DNA from: Candidatus Undivivens industriae
Lineage (GTDB): Bacteria > Omnitrophota > Gorgyraeia > Gygaellales > Profunditerraquicolaceae
NCBI GenBank assembly: GCA_012514745.1
Contig: JAAYZR010000010.1
Location: 1,401-65,400, forward strand
Reading direction: 5' to 3'
Length of the DNA stretch: 64,000 nucleotides
This document shows positions 32,187 through 42,132 of the stretch, piece by piece; positions within the stretch are counted from its first letter, which is position 1; each line of letters begins with the position of its first letter. The position numbers and the translations under genes are program-made. Below the pieces are notes generated by a model that saw only the letters and a program-made list of their open reading frames with translations, was not told the DNA's origin and made no database searches.

Positions 32187-33102
32187 CTTCCTGCCTGTCC
32201 ACAGAGGCGATCTTTTCCGCCAGTTTCTCAAGTTTTCTGGAACTCTCTTCGTATTTACGGCCCGCGTCCTGCAGGTGCCTGCCCACGAGCTGATAATCAT
32301 CCCGGAATTTGTTTATCTCGCCCGATAAAGAAGCTATAGTCTTTAATATGCGTTCCGCGTTCTCTTCCACGCGCAGCCCCTTCAATCCCAGGCAGATTAT
32401 CTGCAGGTAGGCGTAGAAAGTCAGCGGCGACACCGGATATACCCTGCGCGAGATCAAATAAGACAAAAGGTCTTCAGTGGCTATTATCTCGTAATAGACG
32501 TTCTCCGCCGGGATATACATAAAAGCGAAATCGTAGGTGTTCTCGTCCGGGAGGATGTATTTGGAAGCTATCTCGTCGGTCCTGTCCTTGACGTCGGAAA
32601 CGAACTTCTTCTTCAGGGCCGCGCGCGCCTGTTCCTGCGGTTCAGCCGTCATCTTTTGAAAGTTCTCCAGGCTGAACTTGGCGTCCACCGGCAAAAGACG
32701 CTCCCCCAGCCGGATAACCGCGTCTACCGTGTCGGAGGTGCGGAAACGGTATTGCGCCTGGAAAAAATCGGGAGGCAAAACCTGGGAAAGCAGGTTTTCC
32801 AGGAAAGTCTCGGCGAACTTCCCCCTGAACTTGGGGGCCCGCAGCAGTTCCTGCAGACTGGAGATGTCCCTGCCTATCTCGTATATCCTGCGGTTGACCT
32901 CCTCGACGCGGGCTAGTTTATCCTGAACCCCGCCGAAAACTCCGAGAGTATCGCCTATATTCTTATTCAAAGAATCCCCGCTCTTGCGTACCGCCTCAGC
33001 CATCGCGTCCATGCGGGAACTAATCTGAAAATAAAGGCGCAACAGCATGAAGAACACCGCGAAAACCGCCAGTACCGACGCGATCACCAGAACTATGACC
33101 AT
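32176..33102 (-). CDS. rmuC: DNA recombination protein RmuC
   Basis: N-terminal TM helix, coiled coil, and the RmuC C-terminal domain. Confidence 0.8.
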   Translation of the reverse strand: MVIVLVIASVLAVFAVFFMLLRLYFQISSRMDAMAEAVRKSGDSLNKNIGDTLGVFGGVQDKLARVEEVNRRIYEIGRDISSLQELLRAPKFRGKFAETFLENLLSQVLPPDFFQAQYRFRTSDTVDAVIRLGERLLPVDAKFSLENFQKMTAEPQEQARAALKKKFVSDVKDRTDEIASKYILPDENTYDFAFMYIPAENVYYEIIATEDLLSYLISRRVYPVSPLTFYAYLQIICLGLKGLRVEENAERILKTIASLSGEINKFRDDYQLVGRHLQDAGRKYEESSRKLEKLAEKIASVDRQEDDV

Positions 33103-33135
33103 TTCTCGTTCTCCCCTTTACGGCACAGCCTCAGC

Positions 33136-33855
33136 CTACGGCAGATATTCCCGTTTTATTCTTTTAACACTGCGAAAGATATTGGTCTTAACGTCCGGGC
33201 ATACGCGCTCCGCCTGCGCTATGAAACGCCCCACAAGCGCCCGGTTCGTTTTTCCGCTGTGCGGGCACCGGCATTTCTGCGCCGGTATTTTGTAAGCGGC
33301 GGCAAAAGCTATTATCTCCTTCTCCTCAACGTATGCCAGCGGCCGTATCAACGTCAACTTTCCTCCGAAGAGTTCCTGTTTAGGGCACATCGCCGAGATT
33401 TCCCCGTGGAAGAAGAAATTAAGAAGTATGGTCTGGACTATATCATCCTTGTGATGGCCCAGGGCGACCTTGGCACACCCGAGCCTGTCCGCCGCCTCGA
33501 ACAACGCCTTGCGCCGGTTCCAGGAACACCAGAAACAGTTAATTTTCCCGCGGTCGCCGGAACGCAGGGCGTCAGATCTTTCTATATGGAACTCAACGCC
33601 GATGCCGCGCAGATAACGTTCCAGTCTCGCCGGATTTACTCCCCCGTAACCCAAATCGACGTGCACCGCGATTATCTCGTACTTTATCGGGACGAACTTC
33701 CTCCTCTCCTGCATTATGCGCAGAAGGGCAAGGCTGTCCTTTCCGCCGGAAACCGCCACCGCCACCCTGTCCCCGTCGTCAAGCATCCCGTAATCGCTGA
33801 TCGCCTTGCCGACCTTTTTGGAAAGGAAATATGCCCGGCCGGAAAGATACGCCAT
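33136..33855 (-). CDS. ttcA: tRNA 2-thiocytidine(32) synthetase TtcA-like PP-loop ATPase
   Basis: SGGKDS PP-loop and CxxC pairs. Confidence 0.8.
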   Translation of the reverse strand: MAYLSGRAYFLSKKVGKAISDYGMLDDGDRVAVAVSGGKDSLALLRIMQERRKFVPIKYEIIAVHVDLGYGGVNPARLERYLRGIGVEFHIERSDALRSGDRGKINCFWCSWNRRKALFEAADRLGCAKVALGHHKDDIVQTILLNFFFHGEISAMCPKQELFGGKLTLIRPLAYVEEKEIIAFAAAYKIPAQKCRCPHSGKTNRALVGRFIAQAERVCPDVKTNIFRSVKRIKREYLP

Positions 33856-35505
33856 TTATCTCCCGCCGACCCTTGTGCCGCGGGCCGCCGCCAGAGCCAG
33901 GTATGCCTCTTTCAGCATATCGCAGGAAAGCAAAAGCAGCGCCGCCGACACAGCAACCAGGATATAAGCCTTCTGCCTCCAGAAAACAACCATCCCCGAC
34001 CCGAGCGCGAAAACGGTGGTAACCGCCATAAATAACGCCGGCAATAACGTGTATAAAGACGGCCGGCCTTTTTGCAAAAGATAAACGGAAGCCGTCAACA
34101 ACACCAGGGCGGCGATCAACTGGTTCGCCGCGCCGAACACCGGCCAGATCACCTGCCAGGAGCCGAAAGCCAGACAGGCCGCGGCCGCCGTGGAGATCGC
34201 GCCGGATACATATTTATTGTTCATTTTCTTCATTTTAAAAGACTCGCCGAATATCTCTTCCGTAAGATAACGCGTGATCCTGGTGGCGCTGTCGAGCGTG
34301 GTCATCACGAAACTGTTCAAAAGAAAAACCGCTATGGTCATCCCGGCCGCGGCGCCCACCAGAGGGGCAGTGAGATTACCGTAGCCTTTGCCGAAGGTCA
34401 CTATCCAGCCGCTCTTTTGCGCCAGTTCAGGATAGGCCATACCCTCCGGCCCGCCGCTCCAGAAAAGACCGGCGCAGACGGAAATTATGGCAAGCAGGGA
34501 CATCGCCGCCTCCAGCAGCATTCCCCCGAAGGTTATACGCTTGGCGTCGCGTTTATGCGCCAACTGCTTGGAGGTCGTCCCGGACGAAACCAGCGCATGG
34601 AAACCGGAAATGGCTCCGCAGGCGATCAAAACGAACATAGCCGGCCACAAGCCGGCGCTTCCGGCTGGAGCCTTAATATAGAAAGGAGCCGACATCTTCG
34701 GGTGAGAAACGAATACTCCCGCGTAACCCAGGAGCAGCCCCAGAAACAGCACGACCATGGAAAGATAGTCCCGCGGCTGCAACAGCAGGTTCACCGGGAT
34801 CACAGAGGCGATATAGGCGTAAACGAGCAGCAGCGCCGTCCAGAACGCCATGGCCTGGGGAAACGCCAGCCGCACCGGAAATACCTCCCCCGCGTAAATG
34901 GAGCCGGCCATAAGCAAAAGAGCGACTACCGTCGCCGGCAATTGTTTTACGTTCCAGCGGTAAACCATAACCCCCAGCAAGACGGCTATGGGGATGAGAC
35001 CCAGGGTAGGTATGACGATCTCCGGTTGGACAACAAGAGTCTGAGCGGTAACGGCCGCGAAGACCGCCACGATAAGAACCAGGGCCAACCAGAGAAAAAT
35101 TGAAAAAACCAGGCGGCAGCGGCGGTTTATCACCGCCTCGGAAACTTGCCCCACCGATTTCCCTTTATGCCGCAGGGAAAGAATAAGCGCGGAATAATCG
35201 TGGATCCCTCCGATGAAGATCGAACCTAAAACCACCCACAGCGCGGCCGGCCCCCAGCCGAACATGGCGCAGGCCACCACCGGGCCGATTATCGGACCTG
35301 CCCCGGCTATCGAAGAAAAATGGTGGCCGAACAGAATGCTCCAGTGCTTTGCCGGCATATAATCCAGCCCGTCTCCGTATTTCACGGCGGGGGTCTTACG
35401 GCTGTGATCCACCCCCCATATTTTCTTCTCGCTGAAGGCGGCGTAATAACGGTAACCCACCGCCAGCGCGCAGGTCCCGGCCAACAGTAACCATAACGAA
35501 TTCAT
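33856..35505 (-). CDS. cstA: carbon starvation protein A (peptide/pyruvate transporter family)
   Basis: 549-aa multi-TM CstA sequence. Confidence 0.85.
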   Translation of the reverse strand: MNSLWLLLAGTCALAVGYRYYAAFSEKKIWGVDHSRKTPAVKYGDGLDYMPAKHWSILFGHHFSSIAGAGPIIGPVVACAMFGWGPAALWVVLGSIFIGGIHDYSALILSLRHKGKSVGQVSEAVINRRCRLVFSIFLWLALVLIVAVFAAVTAQTLVVQPEIVIPTLGLIPIAVLLGVMVYRWNVKQLPATVVALLLMAGSIYAGEVFPVRLAFPQAMAFWTALLLVYAYIASVIPVNLLLQPRDYLSMVVLFLGLLLGYAGVFVSHPKMSAPFYIKAPAGSAGLWPAMFVLIACGAISGFHALVSSGTTSKQLAHKRDAKRITFGGMLLEAAMSLLAIISVCAGLFWSGGPEGMAYPELAQKSGWIVTFGKGYGNLTAPLVGAAAGMTIAVFLLNSFVMTTLDSATRITRYLTEEIFGESFKMKKMNNKYVSGAISTAAAACLAFGSWQVIWPVFGAANQLIAALVLLTASVYLLQKGRPSLYTLLPALFMAVTTVFALGSGMVVFWRQKAYILVAVSAALLLLSCDMLKEAYLALAAARGTRVGGR

Positions 35506-35623
35506 TTTTGCTCCCTAATGCCGGTTCAATATCTCCTGTTTTCCACGGCTGTTGCTTCTATTATACTGCCGAGAAAGACAATTTTCACAAAAAATTTGAT
35601 GGAACGCGGATTTATTGCCGGCG

Positions 35624-36331
35624 CTAAAGCCGGCGGCGGCTCCTACTCTCTATTATGGGCAGCACCGCGGATATCCCGCCGACTATCATATCCGCCTTAC
35701 TCAGATATTCGGCGGGCAGGCTGGTGGAAACCGCCACGCAGAAGATTCCGGCTCCGGAAGCCGAGGCGATACCCAGAGGCGCGTTTTCCACCACCAGACA
35801 TTCCGCCGCCTTGAGACCGAGCAAGCGTAAAGCCGTTTTATAAGGTTCCGGATGCGGCTTGCCGCGCCTGACTTTATCCCCGGTGACCATAACGTCGAAA
35901 AGCCGGCCGATCCCCGCCGGCAGCATGCGTTTTATCTCAATACCCGGCGTGCCGCTGACCAAAGCCAGTTTGTAACCGCGCATCTTGAGCTCCCGCAATA
36001 TCCGGAAAGCCCCGGTAAAGAATCTCATCCCCCTGGAATATCTACCGAAGATACGGCGGCGGCGGCGGAATACGCGCTCCAGCAGTTGACGGGACGGCTT
36101 TATATTATTCTGTGCCAGGAAATCACGCGCGGATTTCTCCCAACGCTCCCCTTCTCTGCAATAGACGTCCAGACAACCGGCTCTCACTCCATAAGGGCGC
36201 AATGTTTCGAACCAGGCTATGAAATGATACGGCATCGAGTCCACGATCACCCCGTCGAAGTCGAAAATCACCGCTTTTAAAGGGGTGCCCGCGGAACAAG
36301 GCTTGTTCTTGGATACGCTCTTTTTACTCAT
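35624..36331 (-). CDS. HAD-superfamily hydrolase (beta-phosphoglucomutase-like subfamily IA)
   Basis: The DFDGVIVDS motif I and downstream HAD motifs. Confidence 0.75.
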   Translation of the reverse strand: MSKKSVSKNKPCSAGTPLKAVIFDFDGVIVDSMPYHFIAWFETLRPYGVRAGCLDVYCREGERWEKSARDFLAQNNIKPSRQLLERVFRRRRRIFGRYSRGMRFFTGAFRILRELKMRGYKLALVSGTPGIEIKRMLPAGIGRLFDVMVTGDKVRRGKPHPEPYKTALRLLGLKAAECLVVENAPLGIASASGAGIFCVAVSTSLPAEYLSKADMIVGGISAVLPIIESRSRRRL

Positions 36332-36397
36332 AGGAATATCCGGGGCGGGGACATAAACGCCGGGCTTTTCCGGCAGGCTGTCGAAGGTTGTTTCGGT

Positions 36398-38221
36398 TTA
36401 TGCGCGGCCGGAACCGGCTATCATCTCTTTTATTACAGTGTTGAATTCATGTTTAACCAGTTCTTCCAGCGGCAGGGGCATTTTTAAAGACCAGTTCTGC
36501 GGCCCGACCGTGCCGGGCGTGTTCAAGCGGTAGCCATACGGATCTTCCCGTAATATACCGGCCGGATAGAACCAGTCCAGAAGGGTCTGCACGCAGAAAA
36601 CCGCCCGGGAACGCAGATTCAACGCCAGAGCTTTTCTGCCGAGTCCGGGATCGGCTTTCTCGGCGGGAACGCCGTTCAAACCGAGCTGCGCCCAGAATTT
36701 ATCTTTTTCTCCGTAAGTATCGGCGTGCATTTTCAATATATCTCCGACTTCATTCATACTCCGTCCCAGTACCGAAGCAAGCGCGCCCGGATCTCTCATA
36801 CCCTGAAGCCAACGCAGCCTGCCGTGCCTCGAAAGAACCGGGTCGAAAAGCAGTCCTTTTATATAACCGTAATCGATTCCTTTCTCGTAACACTTGCGCA
36901 TAAAAAGACCTTCGTCCACCGTCCCCGCTTCATTCTCCCACCAGGCGGCGAAGTTGGTGGTATCGTGGGTGGATAACATTGTCACCGCCGGGAAACGCTG
37001 CTCTTCAGGCGGGAGAAAATCGTGGCGCGCGTCCCAGTCCTTAGACCAGCGCTGCACGTCGTTGCCCGGGATGCCGTAATCGCGCAGGGTCTCGGTACAT
37101 ACCCGGGGTATCACGCCCAGATCTTCCGCGCACAACAGCATATCCGTGTTCTCCAGCATTACGGATAGAATCTTCCTGCCGTGTTCTCCCCAGGAATTCT
37201 CGTCCGAAGGGTCGAAACTGCCGTGCAACCCCTGGTTTTCCGGAGGTTCGCCGTAAGGAATACTCCATATCCTGAACAACCCCACCACGTGATCTACGCG
37301 CAGAAGATCGTAAAAATTCCGCGCGTAACGCAGCTTTTCCTTAAGATACCTGTACCCGTCGGCTTCGATCCTGCCCCAATCATAAACCGGCATGCCCCAG
37401 CGCTGCCCCTTGGCACAATACATATCCGGAGGGGCCCCGGCGGCCGAATCCAGCTTAAAAAATTCCGGGTGGGCCCAAACATCGGCGCTGTCGCGCGAAA
37501 CCAGTATCGGCAGATCTCCTTTAAGCAACACACCCTTGTCAGCGGCATATTTCTTGACCGCGGTCATCTGCTCAAAAAGACGCCATTGCAGCCATTCCTG
37601 GAACAGCGTTTCTCCTCTATGTTCCCGTTCGAAACGCGCCAGCGCCTCTTTATCGCGGCGGCGGTAAACATCATCCCAATCATGCCAGGCTTTGCCTTGA
37701 GAATAATACTTGAGGACCTTGAAAAGCGCGAAATCCTTCAGCCAGTACAAGTTATTCTCGCGAAAGGAAGAAAAAGAAGCGCCGGCAGTGTCCGCCTTGC
37801 CTTTTTCCAGGAACATCTCCCAGAGAAAAGAAAGCTTGTCCCACTTCAAGTTATAATCCACGCGCGGCGCTTCCGCGGGGAATTTCTTCCGCAGGGCCCG
37901 GATATAGCCGGATGCTGAACGTCCGTCACCGGAAAAAGAATAATAGAACGGCTCAAGCGCGAAAGAACTTATGGAATCATACGGACAAAAAACTGCCCCC
38001 AGTTCATTCATCGGCAAAAGTTGCAGGATACTGTTGCCGGTAAAAGAACACCAGTCAACGAGCAAGCGCAGATCGTTTATATCGCCTGCCCCTGCGCTCT
38101 GTGAGGAATAAAGCGAAAAAAGCGGGGCGAGCACTCCCGCCCTGCGCTTCACGCCTATCGCGCCCCATTTGTCTCCTGATGCCGAAGCCGCCAATGCCTT
38201 TTCTTCCGATGAGAAATCCAT
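36398..38221 (-). CDS. malQ: 4-alpha-glucanotransferase (amylomaltase, GH77)
   Basis: 607 aa with GH77 motifs; ends ...GWRIPYG. Confidence 0.85.
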   Translation of the reverse strand: MDFSSEEKALAASASGDKWGAIGVKRRAGVLAPLFSLYSSQSAGAGDINDLRLLVDWCSFTGNSILQLLPMNELGAVFCPYDSISSFALEPFYYSFSGDGRSASGYIRALRKKFPAEAPRVDYNLKWDKLSFLWEMFLEKGKADTAGASFSSFRENNLYWLKDFALFKVLKYYSQGKAWHDWDDVYRRRDKEALARFEREHRGETLFQEWLQWRLFEQMTAVKKYAADKGVLLKGDLPILVSRDSADVWAHPEFFKLDSAAGAPPDMYCAKGQRWGMPVYDWGRIEADGYRYLKEKLRYARNFYDLLRVDHVVGLFRIWSIPYGEPPENQGLHGSFDPSDENSWGEHGRKILSVMLENTDMLLCAEDLGVIPRVCTETLRDYGIPGNDVQRWSKDWDARHDFLPPEEQRFPAVTMLSTHDTTNFAAWWENEAGTVDEGLFMRKCYEKGIDYGYIKGLLFDPVLSRHGRLRWLQGMRDPGALASVLGRSMNEVGDILKMHADTYGEKDKFWAQLGLNGVPAEKADPGLGRKALALNLRSRAVFCVQTLLDWFYPAGILREDPYGYRLNTPGTVGPQNWSLKMPLPLEELVKHEFNTVIKEMIAGSGRA

Positions 38222-38526
38222 TGCTATATATTATCCGAGGCGCAGATGAAGGTCAACATAAAATTCCCCTAAATTCCCTATCCCGAAAGATAAAAAACAA
38301 ATAACCGGCGATAAAACAAACAGGACCCGCGAGCCGACGTCCAGAAAACAATGTAATAGGCCGTTATCTTTTAAAACCGGTGTCTAAAACCGTGGATTGC
38401 GCTATTTTTTTTCGGCCGGGGGCTTGAAATCCGGAAAGGCATGTGGCATACTTGCCATAGAAGTGAAAAACCAGTCGACATAAGGAGGTCGGCAGATAGC
38501 GAAAGCTATTGAGGTCTATCACCTCC

Positions 38527-38564
38527 AAAGAAGGCCCTCGAGTCGAAGGGCCTTCTTTGTTTTA
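38527..38564 (+). terminator. strong orphan rho-independent terminator (plus-strand polarity)
   Basis: AAAGAAGGCCC-TCGAGTCG-GGGCCTTCTTT hairpin followed by GTTTT. No annotated plus-strand gene lies upstream. Confidence 0.55.
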
Positions 38565-38770
38565 TGCGCGGGACCCGTCCTGCCTTTAGATCTCCTCACC
38601 CGTTATGCCGAATTCCGCTTCAAAGTTGCAGTGCGCGTCCCGGATACAAAAGACCAGGCGCGGATTTACTCCGGAAACGTTGGCCGCATCGAAAGTGTTT
38701 TTGATTATCACGTGTTTGGAGGGAAGTTCGCATTCTTTTACCCCGGAAACCGCCGCTTCTTTAAATCATC

Positions 38771-39577
38771 TTAAGGGATAATAAAAGCCAGTATTCTGTG
38801 CCCAAACAGGAACGAAATTATAGCAGCCAGAGAAAGAAACGGCCCGTAAGGAATTACGTGGCTCTTTTTAAAGACCAGGTTAATGATGCCCACAATAGCT
38901 CCCGGGAACGGGGCGAGAAAAAAGGTCATCACCGCCTTGTCCGGACCGAGGAATGCCCCGATCATCGCCATCAATTTCACGTCTCCCATGCCCATAGAAG
39001 AAGTTTCTCCTTCCACCGGAGGTTTCTTCAGGATACGGAAATATACCAGGTCGAACAAAGCGCCGGAGGCGTAGATGATGACTGCCCCGGCCGCCGCGCC
39101 GTAAAGGCTGCGAAGAACAGGATGCCAATCGAAGATTACCGGCTGCGGCCTTATACCGGCTAAAACGTTCAGCAGCAGCGCGGCCGCGGTCCCTCCTATT
39201 GATATTTCGTCCGGGATGATCTGATACTGTATATCCACGAAAGTCGCCACGCAAAGCAGCGAAAAGAACAGGCAATAATATACCGCCTGGGCCTCTGCGC
39301 CGTAAATCGCCCCCATAAGCAGAAAAAAAGAACCGGTAATGAATTCCACCAGGGGGTAACGCGGGGATATCGGTTTGCCGCAATGCCGGCATCGGCCTTT
39401 CAGGATAAAAAAACTCAACAAAGGTATATTGTCGAACCAGGCAATGCCCCCGGAGCAGAACGGGCAATGCGAACGGGGAAAAATGATCGATTGGTTCAAC
39501 GGCATTCTGTGGATGCAGACGTTCAGAAAACTGCCGACGATGGCGCCGAAAACAAAAAAAATCAGGGGGATGATCAT
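38771..39577 (-). CDS. pilD: prepilin peptidase (A24 family, PilD/TadV-like)
   Basis: N-terminal CxxC..CxxC Zn motif plus a multi-TM A24 peptidase core. Confidence 0.82.
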   Translation of the reverse strand: MIIPLIFFVFGAIVGSFLNVCIHRMPLNQSIIFPRSHCPFCSGGIAWFDNIPLLSFFILKGRCRHCGKPISPRYPLVEFITGSFFLLMGAIYGAEAQAVYYCLFFSLLCVATFVDIQYQIIPDEISIGGTAAALLLNVLAGIRPQPVIFDWHPVLRSLYGAAAGAVIIYASGALFDLVYFRILKKPPVEGETSSMGMGDVKLMAMIGAFLGPDKAVMTFFLAPFPGAIVGIINLVFKKSHVIPYGPFLSLAAIISFLFGHRILAFIIP

Positions 39578-40503
39578 AGGCCCGCCGCCTCTTTCAATGC
39601 CCTGCGCATCACTCCCACAGGAGCCTTACCGCCGGTCCAGAACTCGAACGCCGCCGCGCCCTGGTGCAAAAGCATCCCCAGCCCGCCGGAAGCGGCGAGC
39701 CCGGACGCGCGGGCGTCATCCAGCAGACGCGTGGTACGGTTATAAACGATATCGTAAACCGCCGCGCCTTTTTTCAGCCATTCCTTTTTGACCGGGCTGG
39801 GATCGCCTTCTTTCATTCCCAAAGGAGAGGTATTCACCAGTATATCGCACTCTTCAAGCCTGGCTGGTATATCCTCTTCTCCGATAAAAGTAATTATTTC
39901 TTTTCCCTTCCCGTTCAGCATTCCGTCAATAGCGTTGAAAGCGAATTGCTTTTCGGCATTCCCGCGGGACTGCGGGCTTTTTTCATATATATATATTTTT
40001 TCCGCTCTATCAGCTTCCCAGGTAAGCCCGGCAATGATCGCCCTGCCCGCTCCGCCGCAGCCGATAAGCATCGCATTCTTGCCTTTCGGCGAGAAACCGA
40101 GATCTTCCTTCAAAGAAATGAGGAACCCAAGAACATCGGTATTGCGATAACTGATCATACCTCCCTCATTCTTGACGGTATTGATCGCGCCGGAGACACG
40201 CACATAATAAAGTTCGTTATCTGCTGCCGGCTGTCCGGGATATTTCTTCTCCAATATCTCTTTTACGGCTATTTTATGCGGGATGGTAACGTTGAAACCG
40301 GAAAGGTCGGCCGGTTTGTATCGCCTGCTCCCGGCGGTATCGCTGAAGGAATAAGCCGGATCATTCAGAAACGCCGGTATATCCTGCGGAGGGACCTCGA
40401 AAAGGCTGTAGGAAGCGTCTATTCCCAGTTCGCGGAAAGCGGCGTTGTGCATCGCCGGGGAAAAGCTGTGCTTGACCGGATAACCGACCAGACCGTAGGT
40501 CAT
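39574..40503 (-). CDS. aroE: shikimate dehydrogenase
   Basis: Starts MTYGLVGYPVKHSFSPAMHNAAF; carries an NAD(P)-binding GGAGRA-like motif. Confidence 0.85.
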   Translation of the reverse strand: MTYGLVGYPVKHSFSPAMHNAAFRELGIDASYSLFEVPPQDIPAFLNDPAYSFSDTAGSRRYKPADLSGFNVTIPHKIAVKEILEKKYPGQPAADNELYYVRVSGAINTVKNEGGMISYRNTDVLGFLISLKEDLGFSPKGKNAMLIGCGGAGRAIIAGLTWEADRAEKIYIYEKSPQSRGNAEKQFAFNAIDGMLNGKGKEIITFIGEEDIPARLEECDILVNTSPLGMKEGDPSPVKKEWLKKGAAVYDIVYNRTTRLLDDARASGLAASGGLGMLLHQGAAAFEFWTGGKAPVGVMRRALKEAAGL

Positions 40504-42005
40504 CGCCTGCTCAACCGGTTTATGGCGTCAAGATAAGCTTTGATGGCCGCTTCGATAATATCGGTGCTGGCCCCTCTGCCGCCGAAAACCCCGGCTTTCA
40601 GCTTAAGACTCAAGCTCGCCTGGCCAAGCGCATCCTTACCTGAAGTGACGGACTCCAGACGAAAATCCTGCAATCTGACTTTCAAACCGGTAATTTTATC
40701 TATTGCCTTGAAACAACTGTCCACCGGGCCGTCACCCGAAGCCTGCCCGCTCAACAGGCGGTCGTTCTTCTTCAAGCGCACTACGGCAACCGGAGTAGAG
40801 CCGCTGCCGCAGCAAACCTCGAATCCCCGCAGTTCCCACAGCGGCTTGACTTGCCTGAGCTGATCATCGACTATGATACGCAAATCATCGTCGTAAATCT
40901 CCTTCTTTTTATCGGTCAACTGTTTGAAACGCGCGAACGCGCTGTTGAGCTCTTCGGATGTGAGCTTGAAACCCAGGGCTTGCAGCCTTTCCCGTAACGC
41001 GTGTCTGCCGGAATGCTTCCCCAGCACGATCTCGCTGCCGGCCACCCCGACTTCGGCCGGGTCCATGATCTCATAGGTCGTCCGCTTTTTTAAAACCGCG
41101 TCCTGATGTATGCCGGACTCGTGGCTAAACGCGTTTTTCCCCACTATGGCTTTATTCAGCGGCACCACGAAATCGGTAAGTTTGCTCACCAGTTTGGAGG
41201 CATTCAATATCTCTTTCGTATTTATCGAAGTTTGTAAATTGCTGAAAGCGTCCTTTCTGGTTCTCAAAGCCATTACAACTTCTTCCAGAGATGCGTTGCC
41301 GGCCCGCTCGCCGATGCCGTTCACCGTGCAATGCACCTGGCGCGCTCCGGCCAGCACCGCCGATACGGAATTTGCGCTCGCCATGCCGAGATCATCATGG
41401 CAGTGAATGGAAATGACCGCTTTATTTATATTAGGAACGTTGTCTTTTATCTCGGAAATAAGAGAATATATCTCGGCGGGGTAACTATAGCCGACCGTGT
41501 CCGGGATGTTCACGGTGGAAGCTCCGTTTCTTATCACGTTCTCTATTACTCTAAAAAGAAAAGAGCGCTCACTGCGGGTGGCGTCTTCCGGGGAGAACTC
41601 CACGTCCGGGCAGAGTCTTCGTGCGGCCCTCACCGCCTGCACCGCCAACTGCAGTATCTCGTCTTCTCTTTTGTGGAATTTATACTGCAGGTGTATCTTG
41701 GAGGTGGCGAGGAAAACGTGTATACGCGGTCTCCGGGCTTTCTTCAAAGCCTTGGCCGCGGCATCTATATCCGGTTTCAGGCAGCGCGCGAGGGCGCACA
41801 CGGACTTCTTTTTGACCGAAGACGCGATGCGGGCCACGGCCTGAAAATCATCCGGACTGGATACAGGGAAACCGGCTTCGATAACATCCACCCCCAGCCT
41901 TTCCAGTTGAAAAGCGACCTCAAGCTTTTCCTGGGAAGTCAGCGAACCTCCAGGGGCCTGTTCACCGTCCCTTAACGTAGTGTCGAAGATTATGACCTTT
42001 TCCAT
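40500..42005 (-). CDS. leuA: 2-isopropylmalate synthase (LeuA/CimA family; citramalate synthase not excluded)
   Basis: FDTTLRDGEQ, an HxH metal site, and the LeuA-dimer C-domain. The start is ambiguous between 42029 and 42005; the 32-nt repeat overlaps the first candidate. Confidence 0.8.
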   Translation of the reverse strand: MEKVIIFDTTLRDGEQAPGGSLTSQEKLEVAFQLERLGVDVIEAGFPVSSPDDFQAVARIASSVKKKSVCALARCLKPDIDAAAKALKKARRPRIHVFLATSKIHLQYKFHKREDEILQLAVQAVRAARRLCPDVEFSPEDATRSERSFLFRVIENVIRNGASTVNIPDTVGYSYPAEIYSLISEIKDNVPNINKAVISIHCHDDLGMASANSVSAVLAGARQVHCTVNGIGERAGNASLEEVVMALRTRKDAFSNLQTSINTKEILNASKLVSKLTDFVVPLNKAIVGKNAFSHESGIHQDAVLKKRTTYEIMDPAEVGVAGSEIVLGKHSGRHALRERLQALGFKLTSEELNSAFARFKQLTDKKKEIYDDDLRIIVDDQLRQVKPLWELRGFEVCCGSGSTPVAVVRLKKNDRLLSGQASGDGPVDSCFKAIDKITGLKVRLQDFRLESVTSGKDALGQASLSLKLKAGVFGGRGASTDIIEAAIKAYLDAINRLSRR

Positions 42006-42015
42006 TAGTAAAACC

Positions 42016-42047
42016 CCGGCAACGGTCAAGATGACGAAGCCCGTATC
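42016..42047. repeat. 32-nt leader repeat copy B (CCGGCAACGGTCAAGATGACGAAGCCCGTATC) at the leuA start; a degenerate third half-copy lies at ~42100-42125
   Basis: Near-identical to 4803-4834. GACGAACCGGGTATCGTAACCGCCGTTACC at 42100-42130 is a diverged copy. Confidence 0.6.
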
Positions 42048-42132
42048 CGTTCCCGCCTGCGGTAACGTTCAAAAACCGTAGCCATGACAGATTGACGAAC
42101 CGGGTATCGTAACCGCCGTTACCCTTCCTTTT

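Noticed and set aside
38101-38304. 67-aa plus-strand ORF overlapping the malQ 5' end
   Set aside because: It lies antisense to the malQ start region, is Pro/Lys-rich, and has no RBS.
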